DNA of 64,000 bases from an uncultured Gemmatimonadales bacterium (GCA_963771275.1 CAVYSW010000003.1:544001-608000), one strand, 5' to 3'. Numbered from the stretch's first letter, positions 1-9,649 are shown. Notes: generated by a model from the letters alone, not told the origin. Numbers and translations are program-made.

Positions 1-624
1 GAGGTCCCCGATTTCATCGCCGAGATCGTCGAGCGGATCGCGTTCGAGGCCCGTCAGGACAAGCGCATCGACCGCCGCTCCGGCGTGAGCCAGCGGCTCC
101 CGATCACGGTGATCGAGAACGTGACGTCGAACGCCGAACGACGGGCGATCGTGAATCGGGAGAAGCGGGCGGTACCGCGCATCTCCGACGTCTACGCGGC
201 CCTCCCCTCCATCACCGGGAAGATCGAGCTGGAGTACGAGGGCGAGCTGCAGGGCGCCGAGATCATCGCGCGGGATCTGGTGCGGCGCGCCTGTCTCGCG
301 ACGTTCGAGGCGCGGGCCGGCGGCGCCGACTGCGACGCGATCGTGGCGTGGTTCGACGAGGGTGGCGCGCTCAAGGTGGGCGAGGCCGAGCGCGCCGACG
401 CATGCGTGAAGGGATTCAGCCGCATTCCGGGGCTGCTGGACGTCGTCAAGAGCACCGGTCTCGCGCCCCAGGGCGACCCCGGACGGATCACCGCCGCCTG
501 CGAGCTGGTGCTCGAGGGCCTGGTCGCGCAGAAACGCATTTCGCGGAGCGACGAGCTGGGGTACGCCAGGGCGCGGTCGGAGCGGCGGCCGGGCGGGAGC
601 GGCGGGCAGAATATGTTTCAGTAA
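1..624 (+). CDS. Mg-chelatase ChlI/MoxR-like AAA+ ATPase, C-terminal part (5'-truncated by window edge)
   Basis: Frame 1 is open from base 1 (EVPDFIAEIVERIAFEARQDKRIDRRSGVSQRLPI...ITGKIELEYEGE). This resembles the chelatase-like ATPases that pair with vWA proteins, and a vWA gene lies at 4654. Confidence 0.75.
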   Translation, partial: EVPDFIAEIVERIAFEARQDKRIDRRSGVSQRLPITVIENVTSNAERRAIVNREKRAVPRISDVYAALPSITGKIELEYEGELQGAEIIARDLVRRACLATFEARAGGADCDAIVAWFDEGGALKVGEAERADACVKGFSRIPGLLDVVKSTGLAPQGDPGRITAACELVLEGLVAQKRISRSDELGYARARSERRPGGSGGQNMFQ

Positions 625-659
625 GACGTGCAGCGGGTAGCGTGTAGCGGAGGTGGTCG

Positions 660-1295
660 ATGGCCGTCATCACGATTTCTCGGCAGTACGGATCGGGCGG
701 GTCGGAGGTGGCGAGGTTGGTGGCCGAGCGGCTGGGCTGGTCGCTGATCGACAACGACTTCGTCGAGCGAGTGGCGCAGCGCGCGGGCGTCACGGTGGAG
801 GAAGTCCAGCGTCAGGAGGAGCGGGTGCCGAGTCTGGTGGAGCGGCTGGCGCGGGCACTCGCGGTCTCCGCCCCGGAGATGTTCGCCGCCACGACGGAGC
901 CCGCCGCGCCTCTGCCACCGGAAGACCGCATCGTGAAGATGACCGAGGCCGTCATCGCGGAAGTCGCGAGCCACGACCACGCCGTACTCGTAGGACGGGG
1001 GGCGCAGGCCTATCTCGCCGAGCGCGAGAACACGCTGCACGTCTACATCGTGGCACCCCGGGACGTGCAGATCGACACGGCGATGCGACGGCTCCACGTG
1101 GACCGCAAGACCGCGGAGAAGGTCACCGATGACGCCGACCATGGCCGCCGACACTACGTGCACACCTACTACGGACGCGAGTGGGACGCCGCCGCGGGCT
1201 ATGACCTGGTGATCAACACGGGCAAGTTCGGCTACGAACACGCGGCGGATCTGATCGTCGCGGCGGCACGGCAGCGAGATCTCGTGCCGCGCTAG
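660..1295 (+). CDS. Cytidylate kinase-like family protein
   Basis: N-terminal ITISRQYGSGG P-loop, VLVGRGA, and YDLVINT near the C-terminus; GGAGG RBS upstream. Confidence 0.85.
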   Translation: MAVITISRQYGSGGSEVARLVAERLGWSLIDNDFVERVAQRAGVTVEEVQRQEERVPSLVERLARALAVSAPEMFAATTEPAAPLPPEDRIVKMTEAVIAEVASHDHAVLVGRGAQAYLAERENTLHVYIVAPRDVQIDTAMRRLHVDRKTAEKVTDDADHGRRHYVHTYYGREWDAAAGYDLVINTGKFGYEHAADLIVAAARQRDLVPR

Positions 1296-1416
1296 GGACG
1301 GCCGTTCCTTGGCCGCTCCTTCATACTCGATTCACCCGGTCCTCGGACCTCCCAGCCTAGCTTCCCCGCCTGGCTTCTCCGTCCGACCATCGTTGCACCG
1401 CACGCCAGGAGGTTCC

Positions 1417-1893
1417 ATGAAGGCCCCCCGCTCGCTGCTGGCCCTGTTCGGCCTGCTGCTCATCGTCGCCTGCCGCCCCGCGAAGCAAGCCGGTACGGTC
1501 TACGGCGAGCGCCCCTCGCTTACGGATACGACCGCGGTCTCGGCGATTCTCTCCGAGCCCGAAGCCTGGGTGGGTCGCCGAGTGCTCGTTGCCGGTACGG
1601 TGGTGGATGTGTGCGAGAAGCGTGGCTGCTGGCTGGCGCTGTCGAGCGACCGCGAGCACGAGACGCTGCGGGTCAAGGTGGAGGACGGGGTCATCGTCTT
1701 CCCGATGACCGCGCGGGGGCGTCAGGCGGTGGTCGAAGGGGTCGTCGAGAAGGTCGCGCTCACCGAAGCCGAGGCCCGGGAGCAGGCGCGGATGCACGCC
1801 GAGGAGCAGGGGATCCCGTTCGATTCGACCGCGGTGTTCGGTCCGACGACGTCCTACCAGCTCAAGGGCATCGGCGCGATCATCGCCGAGTGA
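1417..1893 (+). CDS. DUF4920-like OB-fold lipoprotein
   Basis: AGGAGG RBS before ATG 1417; lipobox-like IVAC; VCEKRGCW and VKVEDGVIVFP motifs. Confidence 0.75.
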   Translation: MKAPRSLLALFGLLLIVACRPAKQAGTVYGERPSLTDTTAVSAILSEPEAWVGRRVLVAGTVVDVCEKRGCWLALSSDREHETLRVKVEDGVIVFPMTARGRQAVVEGVVEKVALTEAEAREQARMHAEEQGIPFDSTAVFGPTTSYQLKGIGAIIAE

Positions 1894-1904
1894 GTGGCGG
1901 CGGC

Positions 1905-2459
1905 ATGCAGTGGCGCAGGTGGAACAACGTCGTCCACCGGGACCTCGGGTATCTCTGTGTCGGACTGACGCTGGTCTATGTCGTCTCCGGCGTCGCCGTG
2001 AACCACATCGGCGACTGGAACCCCAACTACCGGATCGAGCGGCGCACGGCGGAAATCGGCCCGTACGACGACACCAACCTCGACAGTCCCGCCGCGGTGG
2101 GGGAGATTCTCGCCAGGCTCGGCCTCGCCCCCGGGTATCGTACGACGTTCCGGCCCGACACGGCCACGCTGCGGATCTTCCTCGAGGACGGCACGGCGGA
2201 TGTGGATCTCGCCACCGGCCACGCGACGGTGGAGATCGTGCGCTCGCGCTCGCTGATCCGCGCGGCCAACGTCCTGCACCTCAACATCCCGAAGCGGCTG
2301 TGGACCTGGATGGCCGATCTCTACGCCGTCTCGCTCGGCCTGCTCGCGGTGACCGGGCTGTTCGTACTCAAGGGCAAGAAGGGGATCACGGGGCGCGGCG
2401 CCTGGCTCACGGCGATCGGGGTGGCGCTCCCGCTGCTGGTTCTCTGGCTGTACCGCTGA
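1905..2459 (+). CDS. PepSY-associated TM helix protein
   Basis: HRDLGY...YVVSGVAVNH, a second conserved LH, and three hydrophobic segments. Confidence 0.8.
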   Translation: MQWRRWNNVVHRDLGYLCVGLTLVYVVSGVAVNHIGDWNPNYRIERRTAEIGPYDDTNLDSPAAVGEILARLGLAPGYRTTFRPDTATLRIFLEDGTADVDLATGHATVEIVRSRSLIRAANVLHLNIPKRLWTWMADLYAVSLGLLAVTGLFVLKGKKGITGRGAWLTAIGVALPLLVLWLYR

Positions 2460-2475
2460 GCCGCCGGGCGGCGGC

Positions 2476-3696
2476 TCAGCGAGTCACGCGCATGGCCGGT
2501 GATCCCGCCAGCAGCACGAGCGCCGCAACCACGGTCACCAGTCCGCCCGCGACCAGCGTCGCCGCCACGCCGAAGCGCTGCGCGACGCTCCCCGCCAGCA
2601 GCGATCCCAGCGGCGCCATCCCGACGAACGAGAACGTGTAGGCGGCGACCACCCGGCCGCGCAGCTCGTCGGGCGAGAGCGTCTGGAGCAGCATGTTGGT
2701 GAGCGCGGTGGCCGTGATCATCGCGGCGCCGAGCAGGGCCAGGATCACCAGCGCCGCGACCACCGAATGGGCCAGCGCGAGGGCGATCACGAGCGCGCCG
2801 AACGCCGTGGCAGACCATGCGACCGCCCGGCCCTTGTGCATCGTCGACGCGAACGTGGCCACCGCCAGGGCCCCGACCAGCGCGCCGCCGCCCACCGCCG
2901 ACATCATCCAGCCATACTCCTCGGCGCCCCGCCCGAGCACGTTCTTGGCCAGCACGGGCAGCAGCACGAGCACCGGGAGCCCGAACACGCTCATCGCGGC
3001 GATGTTGAACAGCAGCAGCCGGATGCGGGCGTCGGCCCCGACGTAGCGCAGGCCTTCGCGAATGTTGTGCCATGCCGACACCGCCGGCACGGCGGCCGCG
3101 CGAAACGGCGGTACGCGCATTGCGACGAGGGCGGCCAGCACGGCCAAGTAGCTCACGCCGTTGGCCACGAAGCAGGCGGCCACACCGAACGCGCCGATCG
3201 CGATGCCGGCGAGCGCCGGCCCGACCAGGCGCGTGGCGTTGAACGCGGACGAGTTGAGCGCGATCGCGCTGGGCAGGTCCTCCCGCCCCACGATCTCGAT
3301 GAAGAACGACTGGCGGGCCGGGATGTCGAACGCCGTGGCGACCCCCATCAGGGCCGCCAACACGATGATCAGGTCGATGCTCTCGACGTGGGCATAGATC
3401 ATCGCCGCGAACGCGAACGCGACCAGCATGGCGGCCGTCTGCGTGGCGATCACCATGTGCCGTTTCGACACGCGATCCGCGACGGCGCCGGCGTAGAGCG
3501 AGAACAGCAGGATCGGCAGCGAGCCCAGCGCGTCGGCCAGCCCCACGAAGAACGCCGAGCCCGTGAGGTCGAGCACGAGCCACGACTGCGCCACCCGCTG
3601 CATCCAGACGCCTACCAGCGAGACCACGTAGCCGATGAAGAACAGGCTGAAGTTGCGGTGGCGGAACGCAGCGAAGGTGGGGGCTCGGCTCGGCAT
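2476..3696 (-). CDS. MFS transporter (MFS_3-like)
   Basis: AFRHRNF start, about 12 hydrophobic helices, GAVADRVSKR motif A, PDELRGRV. Confidence 0.9.
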   Translation of the reverse strand: MPSRAPTFAAFRHRNFSLFFIGYVVSLVGVWMQRVAQSWLVLDLTGSAFFVGLADALGSLPILLFSLYAGAVADRVSKRHMVIATQTAAMLVAFAFAAMIYAHVESIDLIIVLAALMGVATAFDIPARQSFFIEIVGREDLPSAIALNSSAFNATRLVGPALAGIAIGAFGVAACFVANGVSYLAVLAALVAMRVPPFRAAAVPAVSAWHNIREGLRYVGADARIRLLLFNIAAMSVFGLPVLVLLPVLAKNVLGRGAEEYGWMMSAVGGGALVGALAVATFASTMHKGRAVAWSATAFGALVIALALAHSVVAALVILALLGAAMITATALTNMLLQTLSPDELRGRVVAAYTFSFVGMAPLGSLLAGSVAQRFGVAATLVAGGLVTVVAALVLLAGSPAMRVTR

Positions 3697-3788
3697 GGTG
3701 GCGAATAATACGACGCGCCGCGCAATCGAATGGGCTGGCGTGCCCCCCCGCGGCCGCCGCACGATACCTGACCCTAGCGGCGGACTAT

Positions 3789-3817
3789 TTGACCATGGTC
3801 AGTGACCATGGTAGCTT
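3789..3817 (+). promoter_or_regulatory. sigma70-type promoter with overlapping tandem palindromic operator of the TA operon
   Basis: TTGACC (3789-3794), 17 bp spacer, TAGCTT (3812-3817), 6 nt, then ATG 3824. Perfect palindrome TGACCATGGTCA at 3790-3801 and a second copy TGACCATGGT at 3803-3812. Confidence 0.8.
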
Positions 3818-3823
3818 GGCATC

Positions 3824-4078
3824 ATGCGTGAGGCGATTGAGTCGATGGCCGTCTCGAAGTTCAAGGCCACGTGCCTGAGCGTGTTGCAGCGCGTCAAGCG
3901 CACCGGGCGGCCGGTGACGGTGACGCGGTTTGGCGAGCCAATCGCGGAGATCGTGCCGCCCCGCCCCGCGGAGCGGGAGCGGCGGTGGCTCGGTACGCTG
4001 GCGGGTCGCGCGCGGATCGTCGGAGATGTCGTGGGACCCGTCGTCGACGAGCACGAGTGGGAGGCCGGTCGGGAGTGA
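3824..4078 (+). CDS. Phd/YefM-family antitoxin
   Basis: SKFKATCLSVLQRV...PVTVTRFGEPIAEIVP; GTGA overlap with the downstream PIN gene. Confidence 0.9.
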   Translation: MREAIESMAVSKFKATCLSVLQRVKRTGRPVTVTRFGEPIAEIVPPRPAERERRWLGTLAGRARIVGDVVGPVVDEHEWEAGRE

Positions 4079-4470
4079 AGCTCCTGCTCGATACCCATAT
4101 CTGGCTCTGGAGCCTGCTCACCCCCGAGCGACTCGGGCGCGAGACCGCCCGGGCCTTGGAGGCGGACGACACGCAGCTCTGGCTGTCGCCGATCAGCGTG
4201 TGGGAGGCGCTGATGCTGATGGAGCGGGGCCGCGTCGAGGTGGACGTCGCGCCGGCCGATTGGGTGGCCGAGGCGCTGGTGGCCGTCCCGATGACCGAAG
4301 CGCCGCTCACGCACGCCGTGGCCCTCGAGTCCCGCCGCCTGCGGCTGCGACACACCGATCCGGCCGACCGGTTTCTCGCAGCCACCGCGCTGGTCTACGG
4401 TCTGACGCTCGTGACGGCGGACCGGCGTCTGACGCGGGTGCGCGACGTGGCGGTACTGCCGAACCGGTAG
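4075..4470 (+). CDS. vapC: PIN-domain (VapC) toxin
   Basis: LLLDTHIWLW, SPISVWE, HTDPADRFLAATA and LVTAD conserved PIN acidic motifs; GTG start overlaps the antitoxin stop. Confidence 0.9.
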   Translation: MKLLLDTHIWLWSLLTPERLGRETARALEADDTQLWLSPISVWEALMLMERGRVEVDVAPADWVAEALVAVPMTEAPLTHAVALESRRLRLRHTDPADRFLAATALVYGLTLVTADRRLTRVRDVAVLPNR

Positions 4471-4653
4471 AGCGCGGAGTCCGCAACACGTCGGCCGCAA
4501 ACGCGCCGCGGCAGTTCTGCCAGTGAACCGGCCACCAGCGTACCCCCCGACCGCTGCCCCCGGGGGACCGCCATGAGCTCCATCCCATGCTCCTGGCCCC
4601 ACCCGCTTGCCCGCTTGCCGGAACAACCCCGACTCCGCAGGTTCCTATTACCC

Positions 4654-5991
4654 ATGCGCTACACGACGTACGGCAAGTACATCCCCCAGCTCGCCAACGC
4701 GATCAACCTCCAGGATCTCCTGGACCAGCTGAGCGACTTCCTGCTCCAGTCGGGGTTTGCCGGCGGGCCGATGTCGCATCCGTGGTGGGGCGAGTTCGGC
4801 GACGAAGACACCCAGTCCATGGAGTCGCTCAAGGACGCGATTCTGCGCGCCCTCATGGAGTCGGGGCAGCTCACGCCCGACATGCTCAAGCTCCTGCGCG
4901 GGGAATCCGCCGGCGACGAGGCGAAGGACGCCGAGATCAAGCGGCAGCTGGCGGACCTGCTCGACCAGATCGTCCAGCGGCTGATCGACGAGGGCTATCT
5001 CAACGTGCAGCAGGCACCGCAGGTGCCCGAGGGCCACCAGCAGATGTTCGGGCCCGGCGGCCAGGCGCATGCGGCGGCCAAGCAGGTCGAGTTCAATCTC
5101 ACCGAGAAGGCTATCGATTTCCTCGGCTACCGGGCGCTGCGGCATCTCCTGGGCAGCATCGGGAAGTCGAGCTTCGGCAGCCACGACACGCCGTACCTCG
5201 CGACCGGGATCGAGGCCGAGGCCGCCTCGAAGCCCTACGAGTTCGGGGACACGATGAACCTCGACGTGCCCGAGACGCTGAAGCGGGCGGTCGCGCGCCT
5301 CGGCACCCGGGCGGCGAGGGGTGACCCGGCACCCGACGTCCCGGGCGCTCAGCCGTTCCTCGATCTGGATTACCCCGATCTCATGGTGCACCAGAGCGAG
5401 TACCGGTCAAGCGCCGCGACGGTGCTGATGCTCGACTGCTCGCACTCGATGATTCTCTACGGCGAGGATCGGTTCACGCCCGCCAAGAAGGTGGCGCTGG
5501 CGCTGACCCACCTGATCCGGACGCAATTCCCGGGCGACTCGATCCGGGTGGTGCTGTTCCACGATTCGGCAGAAGAGATCCCCCTCGGCAGGCTGGCGCA
5601 CGCGCAGGTGGGGCCGTACCACACCAACACGGCGGAAGGGCTCAAGCTCGCGCGGCGGATCCTCACGGCGCAGAAGAAGGACATGCGCCAGATCGTGATG
5701 ATCACTGACGGGAAGCCCTCGGCACTCACCCTGCCGGACGGCCGGACCTACGTGAACTCGATGGGGCTCGATCCCAAGATCCTCAAGGCGACGTTCCACG
5801 AGGTCGCGGCGTGCCGGAAGGCGGGGATCATGATCAACACGTTCATGCTGGCCCGCGAGCGCTCGCTGGTGGACTTCGTGAAGCGGGTGTGCGAGATCTC
5901 GAAGGGGAAGGCCTACTTCACGAACACGATGACGCTGGGGCAGTACATCCTGATGGACTTCATGCGGAGAAAGACGAGGCGGGTAGGGTGA
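4654..5991 (+). CDS. von Willebrand factor A domain protein (chelatase-ATPase partner)
   Basis: MIDAS motif DCSHS, TNT and [14 protein letters not shown] motif. Confidence 0.85.
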   Translation: MRYTTYGKYIPQLANAINLQDLLDQLSDFLLQSGFAGGPMSHPWWGEFGDEDTQSMESLKDAILRALMESGQLTPDMLKLLRGESAGDEAKDAEIKRQLADLLDQIVQRLIDEGYLNVQQAPQVPEGHQQMFGPGGQAHAAAKQVEFNLTEKAIDFLGYRALRHLLGSIGKSSFGSHDTPYLATGIEAEAASKPYEFGDTMNLDVPETLKRAVARLGTRAARGDPAPDVPGAQPFLDLDYPDLMVHQSEYRSSAATVLMLDCSHSMILYGEDRFTPAKKVALALTHLIRTQFPGDSIRVVLFHDSAEEIPLGRLAHAQVGPYHTNTAEGLKLARRILTAQKKDMRQIVMITDGKPSALTLPDGRTYVNSMGLDPKILKATFHEVAACRKAGIMINTFMLARERSLVDFVKRVCEISKGKAYFTNTMTLGQYILMDFMRRKTRRVG

Positions 5992-6009
5992 GGGTCGGCC
6001 GTTAGCGAG

Positions 6010-6486
6010 TTAGCGCTTGCGCAGTGCCTGGAGCGCCTCCAGCTCCGGCAGCTGCGCGAGATCCTTCGGGCGGGCGCTGGCCCGCTTGGCCTTGATGAGA
6101 CCGGAGAGTGACAGGACCCGGACGGTCACGCCCGACCACGCGATCTCGTCAGATTCCGCCAGCACGCGCACCCATCCGCCAACTCCCGAGACTTCGTCCG
6201 TTACGTCGATCGCCCCGTGATCGGTGATCAGGGTCATGACGGGGGTGGCTCGCAACGTCCGCGCGTCCATGACGAACGGCAGGCCGGGCTCGACCCCACG
6301 CAGGTAGGCATGCCAGTCGGCCAGGAGCGATGCCAGGCGCTGCACGTTCTCGGGCTCGGGATCGTAGCAGATACCGAGGTCCTCCGTCAGGCGGGTTGAT
6401 CCCTGCGCTCGCATGGCGAGGCCGCCAATGACCACGAAGCGGATCTCCGCCTTCGCGAGCCGCGCTGCCATGCCGAGCAGTGTCAC
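6010..6486 (-). CDS. Nucleotidyltransferase-fold protein, second catalytic Asp replaced by Gly
   Basis: FVVIGGLAMRAQGSTRLTEDLGI resembles the GG..A...G..R.T.DxD motif; LIKAKRASARPKD at the C-terminus; GTGA overlap with the upstream gene. Confidence 0.75.
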   Translation of the reverse strand: MTLLGMAARLAKAEIRFVVIGGLAMRAQGSTRLTEDLGICYDPEPENVQRLASLLADWHAYLRGVEPGLPFVMDARTLRATPVMTLITDHGAIDVTDEVSGVGGWVRVLAESDEIAWSGVTVRVLSLSGLIKAKRASARPKDLAQLPELEALQALRKR

Positions 6487-6977
6487 CGGCCGATCACTTT
6501 CATGGACTTCAGCTCCTCGACAGCCTGATCCAGCAACTGCAGACGCTGCTCCGGCGTCCGCTTCAGGGACTCTCGTATCAGCGAGATGTCCTCGCCGTAC
6601 CATTTCGCCAGCGCGATACCCCTTCGCTTGCGCCTCGTCGGCCGGCCGCGAGGCCGCTCGGCGTAGCGCGTCCGAGCAAGCGACAATCGCACGGCCCAGG
6701 TCGAGAGAAACCGCTCGACGTCCACCACGACGCTCACCATTCCCCCCTGCTCCTCCAGGACCCACTGCTTCCCGGCCGGCCAGGCTGCGAGCGCATCGGG
6801 CGCGACCGCGTACGCCTTCCGAAGCAGCATCCCCGTGGCGACGTGAATCTCCCGCGCCAGGCTCAGGCGTTGCGCCAAGGCCTCGGTGTACGCCTGCGGC
6901 AGGCGCAGGGCGCTCATTGCGTTCTGCACCCAGCGCTTGGGCGCGCCGACGGCGACGGCGAACTGGCCCAGAGTCAT
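6483..6977 (-). CDS. Putative DNA-binding/antitoxin-like partner of the nucleotidyltransferase
   Basis: HTH-like N-terminus MTLGQFAVAVGAPKRWVQNA; C-terminal YGEDISLIRESLKRTPEQRL; translationally coupled to the NTase gene; AT-rich upstream region with CATACT-N6-ATG. Confidence 0.6.
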   Translation of the reverse strand: MTLGQFAVAVGAPKRWVQNAMSALRLPQAYTEALAQRLSLAREIHVATGMLLRKAYAVAPDALAAWPAGKQWVLEEQGGMVSVVVDVERFLSTWAVRLSLARTRYAERPRGRPTRRKRRGIALAKWYGEDISLIRESLKRTPEQRLQLLDQAVEELKSMKVIGR

Positions 6978-7052
6978 AAAATAAGTATGATGAGAATATC
7001 TAATTACCGCGAGGGGCGGCTCGTCGTTAGGCCTGCGCAGCCGCGCGTAGGG

Positions 7053-7087
7053 ACAAAGCAACGAGGGCGACCGCTCGATCGCCCTCG
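7053..7087 (-). terminator. Intrinsic terminator downstream of ilvE
   Basis: 9-bp stem CGAGGGCGA (7062-7070) / TCGCCCTCG (7079-7087), followed on the minus strand by TTGCTTTGT. Confidence 0.7.
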
Positions 7088-7101
7088 CCGCCCTGCCGAT
7101 C

Positions 7102-7968
7102 CTACTTGTGGTTCTCTTTCCTCACCAGCTCGCGGAACCGCCGCGTCAGCTCCTTGGTGATCGGACCGGGCGTCCCGCAGCCGATCTTGCGGCCGTCCAG
7201 CCGCACCACGCCGATCACCTCGGCCGCCGTCCCGGTCAGGAACACCTCGTCCGCCGTATAGAGATCGTACCGCGTGAGCGGGTACTCCTCAGCCTGGTAG
7301 CCCGCCGCGCGGGCGAGCTCGATCACGGCATCGCGGGTGACGCCGCGCAGGATACCGGCGTACTCGGGCGGCGTCCGCAACCGCTCGCCCTTCACCTGGA
7401 ACAGGTTCATGCCCGTGGCCTCGGTCACGAACCCACTTGGGTCCATCATCAGCGCCTCGTCCACACCGGCCGCGACACTCTCGGTCTTCGCCATGATGTG
7501 CGCGAGGTAATTGAGCGACTTGATGCGGGGAGACAGGTTCTCCCGGTGGCTGATCGGCGTCGCCGCGGTAATGCAGACGAGCCCCTTCTCGTAGCGGTCC
7601 TTCGGCCAGATCGCGATCTCGTCCACGATGCAGATGACCGACGGCTTCTTGCAGTTCCGCGGGTCGAGGCCGAGATCCCCCACCCCGCGGGTCACGACGA
7701 GCCGGATGTAGCCCTCCTGCAGCCCGCTCTTCGCGGTCGCCTCCTCGACCATCCGGACCATGTCCGGATTGGCAAGGGGAATCTCGAGCGAGATAGCCTG
7801 TGCCGAATCGTACAACCGGTCGATGTGAGCCTGCAGGCGGAACACCTTGCCGCCGTAGACACGGATCCCTTCAAACACGCCGTCGCCGTACAGCAGTCCG
7901 TGGTCGAACACCGACACGGCGGCTTTGTCGCGGTCGTGGTACTGACCGTTGATCCAGATCACAGTCAC
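7102..7968 (-). CDS. ilvE: Branched-chain amino acid aminotransferase (class IV PLP)
   Basis: DHGLLYGDGVFEGIR, IKSLNY (PLP lysine), ILRGVTR, EVFLTGTAAEV. Confidence 0.95.
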   Translation of the reverse strand: MTVIWINGQYHDRDKAAVSVFDHGLLYGDGVFEGIRVYGGKVFRLQAHIDRLYDSAQAISLEIPLANPDMVRMVEEATAKSGLQEGYIRLVVTRGVGDLGLDPRNCKKPSVICIVDEIAIWPKDRYEKGLVCITAATPISHRENLSPRIKSLNYLAHIMAKTESVAAGVDEALMMDPSGFVTEATGMNLFQVKGERLRTPPEYAGILRGVTRDAVIELARAAGYQAEEYPLTRYDLYTADEVFLTGTAAEVIGVVRLDGRKIGCGTPGPITKELTRRFRELVRKENHK

Positions 7969-8072
7969 GGGTCGCCCTCTGAATGCCGAGGATGAAAGCT
8001 AGCCGGAGGCCCGGAGGACCTCTCAAAACACCCGGGAATCTGCGGCACCGGCACGCCGCGCACAACGGCCGG

Positions 8073-8657
8073 CTACGGCTTGAAGTAGCCGGGCTCCCGC
8101 CCGGGGCTCCACTTGATGTTGCAGCCGATGCTGGCCTTCTGCTGGGCCGGGACTGGTTTTCGCGCCAGCACCGCCGCGACCGCCGCCCGCAAGTCCGCGC
8201 CCGTCACCGGGATCCCGTTCCCGGGACGGCTGTCATCGAGCTGGCCGCGGTACGCCAGCCTGCCGCCGCCGTCGAACAGGTAGAAGTCCGGGGTGCACGC
8301 CGCCCGGAATGCCCTCGCCACGTCCTGCGTCTCATCGAACAGGAACGGGAACGTCCAGCCCTCCTCGCGGGCCAGCGCCTGCATGTGGTCCGGGCCATCA
8401 TCAGGCTGTGCGTCCAGGTCGTTTGCGTTGATGGCGACGACCGCGAGCCCCTTGCCTTGATAGTCCGCCGCAACCCGCCCCAGCTCCGTCTTCACGTGCT
8501 TGACGAAGGGGCAGTGGTTGCAGATGAACATCACCAGCAGCGCCTTGGCGTCGCGGAAGTCAGCCGCGGACACGCGCGTCCCCGACACGGCGTCGGGCAG
8601 CGCGAAGGCGGGCACGGCAGTGCCGAGGGGGAGCATCGTGGATGGAACGGCAACCAT
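8073..8657 (-). CDS. Thioredoxin-family (AhpC/TSA-like) protein
   Basis: FICNHCPFV CxxC, AACTPDFYLFD, YRGQLDDSRP, SIGCNIKW; AAGGAG RBS. Confidence 0.9.
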   Translation of the reverse strand: MVAVPSTMLPLGTAVPAFALPDAVSGTRVSAADFRDAKALLVMFICNHCPFVKHVKTELGRVAADYQGKGLAVVAINANDLDAQPDDGPDHMQALAREEGWTFPFLFDETQDVARAFRAACTPDFYLFDGGGRLAYRGQLDDSRPGNGIPVTGADLRAAVAAVLARKPVPAQQKASIGCNIKWSPGREPGYFKP

Positions 8658-8890
8658 GAGTATCTCCTTGCTCCTCGAATATCGGTCTCCGGGGCCGGGG
8701 TGCGGAAGGAGCAAACGCGAGGCGGCGTGCCACGACGGCACGCCGCCTCTGTCCCGCTACCGGTGACCTGGGGTGGTACCGGGACTCGCTTCGCTATGCC
8801 ACAACATACCCCCCACTCTGCGGGAGTTCCCATCATTCCACCGCAGCCCCAAGCATTGCAACGCGTGCGCCGGCGGTGAGGCTCTCCGGC

Positions 8891-9649
8891 TCAGGAAGCG
8901 CGGCGTCGGGCCCCGTGCAGGCAGATCCCGCCCCCGAGCTTCTCTGCGCAGCGCTCGACCGCGAAGCCTGCGGACACCAGCGCCGCGCGAAACTCGCCGG
9001 GTGTGAGCCACCGCTCGATCGACCGGGCGATGTACCCGTAGGCCTCGGGCTCACCATGCCACCATTGCCCCACCAGGCGCCCGGCCCGCCGCAGATACCA
9101 GAGGTAAAGCCGCCGCCAGGCCCGCGGCGTCGGCTTGAAGAAGTCGAGGTCGAACAGCCATCCGCCCGGCCGCAGCACTCGCGCCACTTCGCCAAGCGCC
9201 CCGCGGACTTCCGGGGTGTTGCGGAAGCCGTAGCCCACTGTCACGACGTCCACCGACCGCGCCGGGAGGGGAATCGCCATCATGTCGCCGCGAATCAGGT
9301 GGAACGCCGGATGCGCGGAACGGCGGACGGCTGCAATACGCAGCATCTCCCTGCTGGGGTCGAGGCCAAGCCAGGTGCGACCTCCACCCGCGGGCCCATC
9401 GCCCCCATGGACGGCCCTTGCCAGGTCGCCAGTCCCGCAGGCCAGGTCGAGCAGGACACCGTCGTCCGCCAGCGCTACAGCCGCCCACCCAGCGAGCTGC
9501 CGCTTCCAGCCGCGGTCCATCCCGAACGAAAACCACCGGGTAAACCGGTCGTAGCGCGGGGCGATCGTGTCGAACACGGTCGTGACGTAGCGCTGCTTCC
9601 TGGCGGGGTCGCCGAGATGGAGGCCGGGGTCCAGATCACCGAGCGCCAT
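8891..9649 (-). CDS. UbiE/MenG-family quinone methyltransferase
   Basis: VFDTIAPRYD, SFGMDRGWK, LDLACGTGD SAM motif, YGFRN, RVLRPGG, AYGYIARSI. Confidence 0.85.
   Translation of the reverse strand: MALGDLDPGLHLGDPARKQRYVTTVFDTIAPRYDRFTRWFSFGMDRGWKRQLAGWAAVALADDGVLLDLACGTGDLARAVHGGDGPAGGGRTWLGLDPSREMLRIAAVRRSAHPAFHLIRGDMMAIPLPARSVDVVTVGYGFRNTPEVRGALGEVARVLRPGGWLFDLDFFKPTPRAWRRLYLWYLRRAGRLVGQWWHGEPEAYGYIARSIERWLTPGEFRAALVSAGFAVERCAEKLGGGICLHGARRRAS

Noticed and set aside
627..647. Short 7-mer tandem CGTGCAG CGGGTAG CGTGTAG after the ATPase stop
   Set aside because: Three degenerate units with no inverted arm; too weak to call, though it could be a relic of a similar repeat family.
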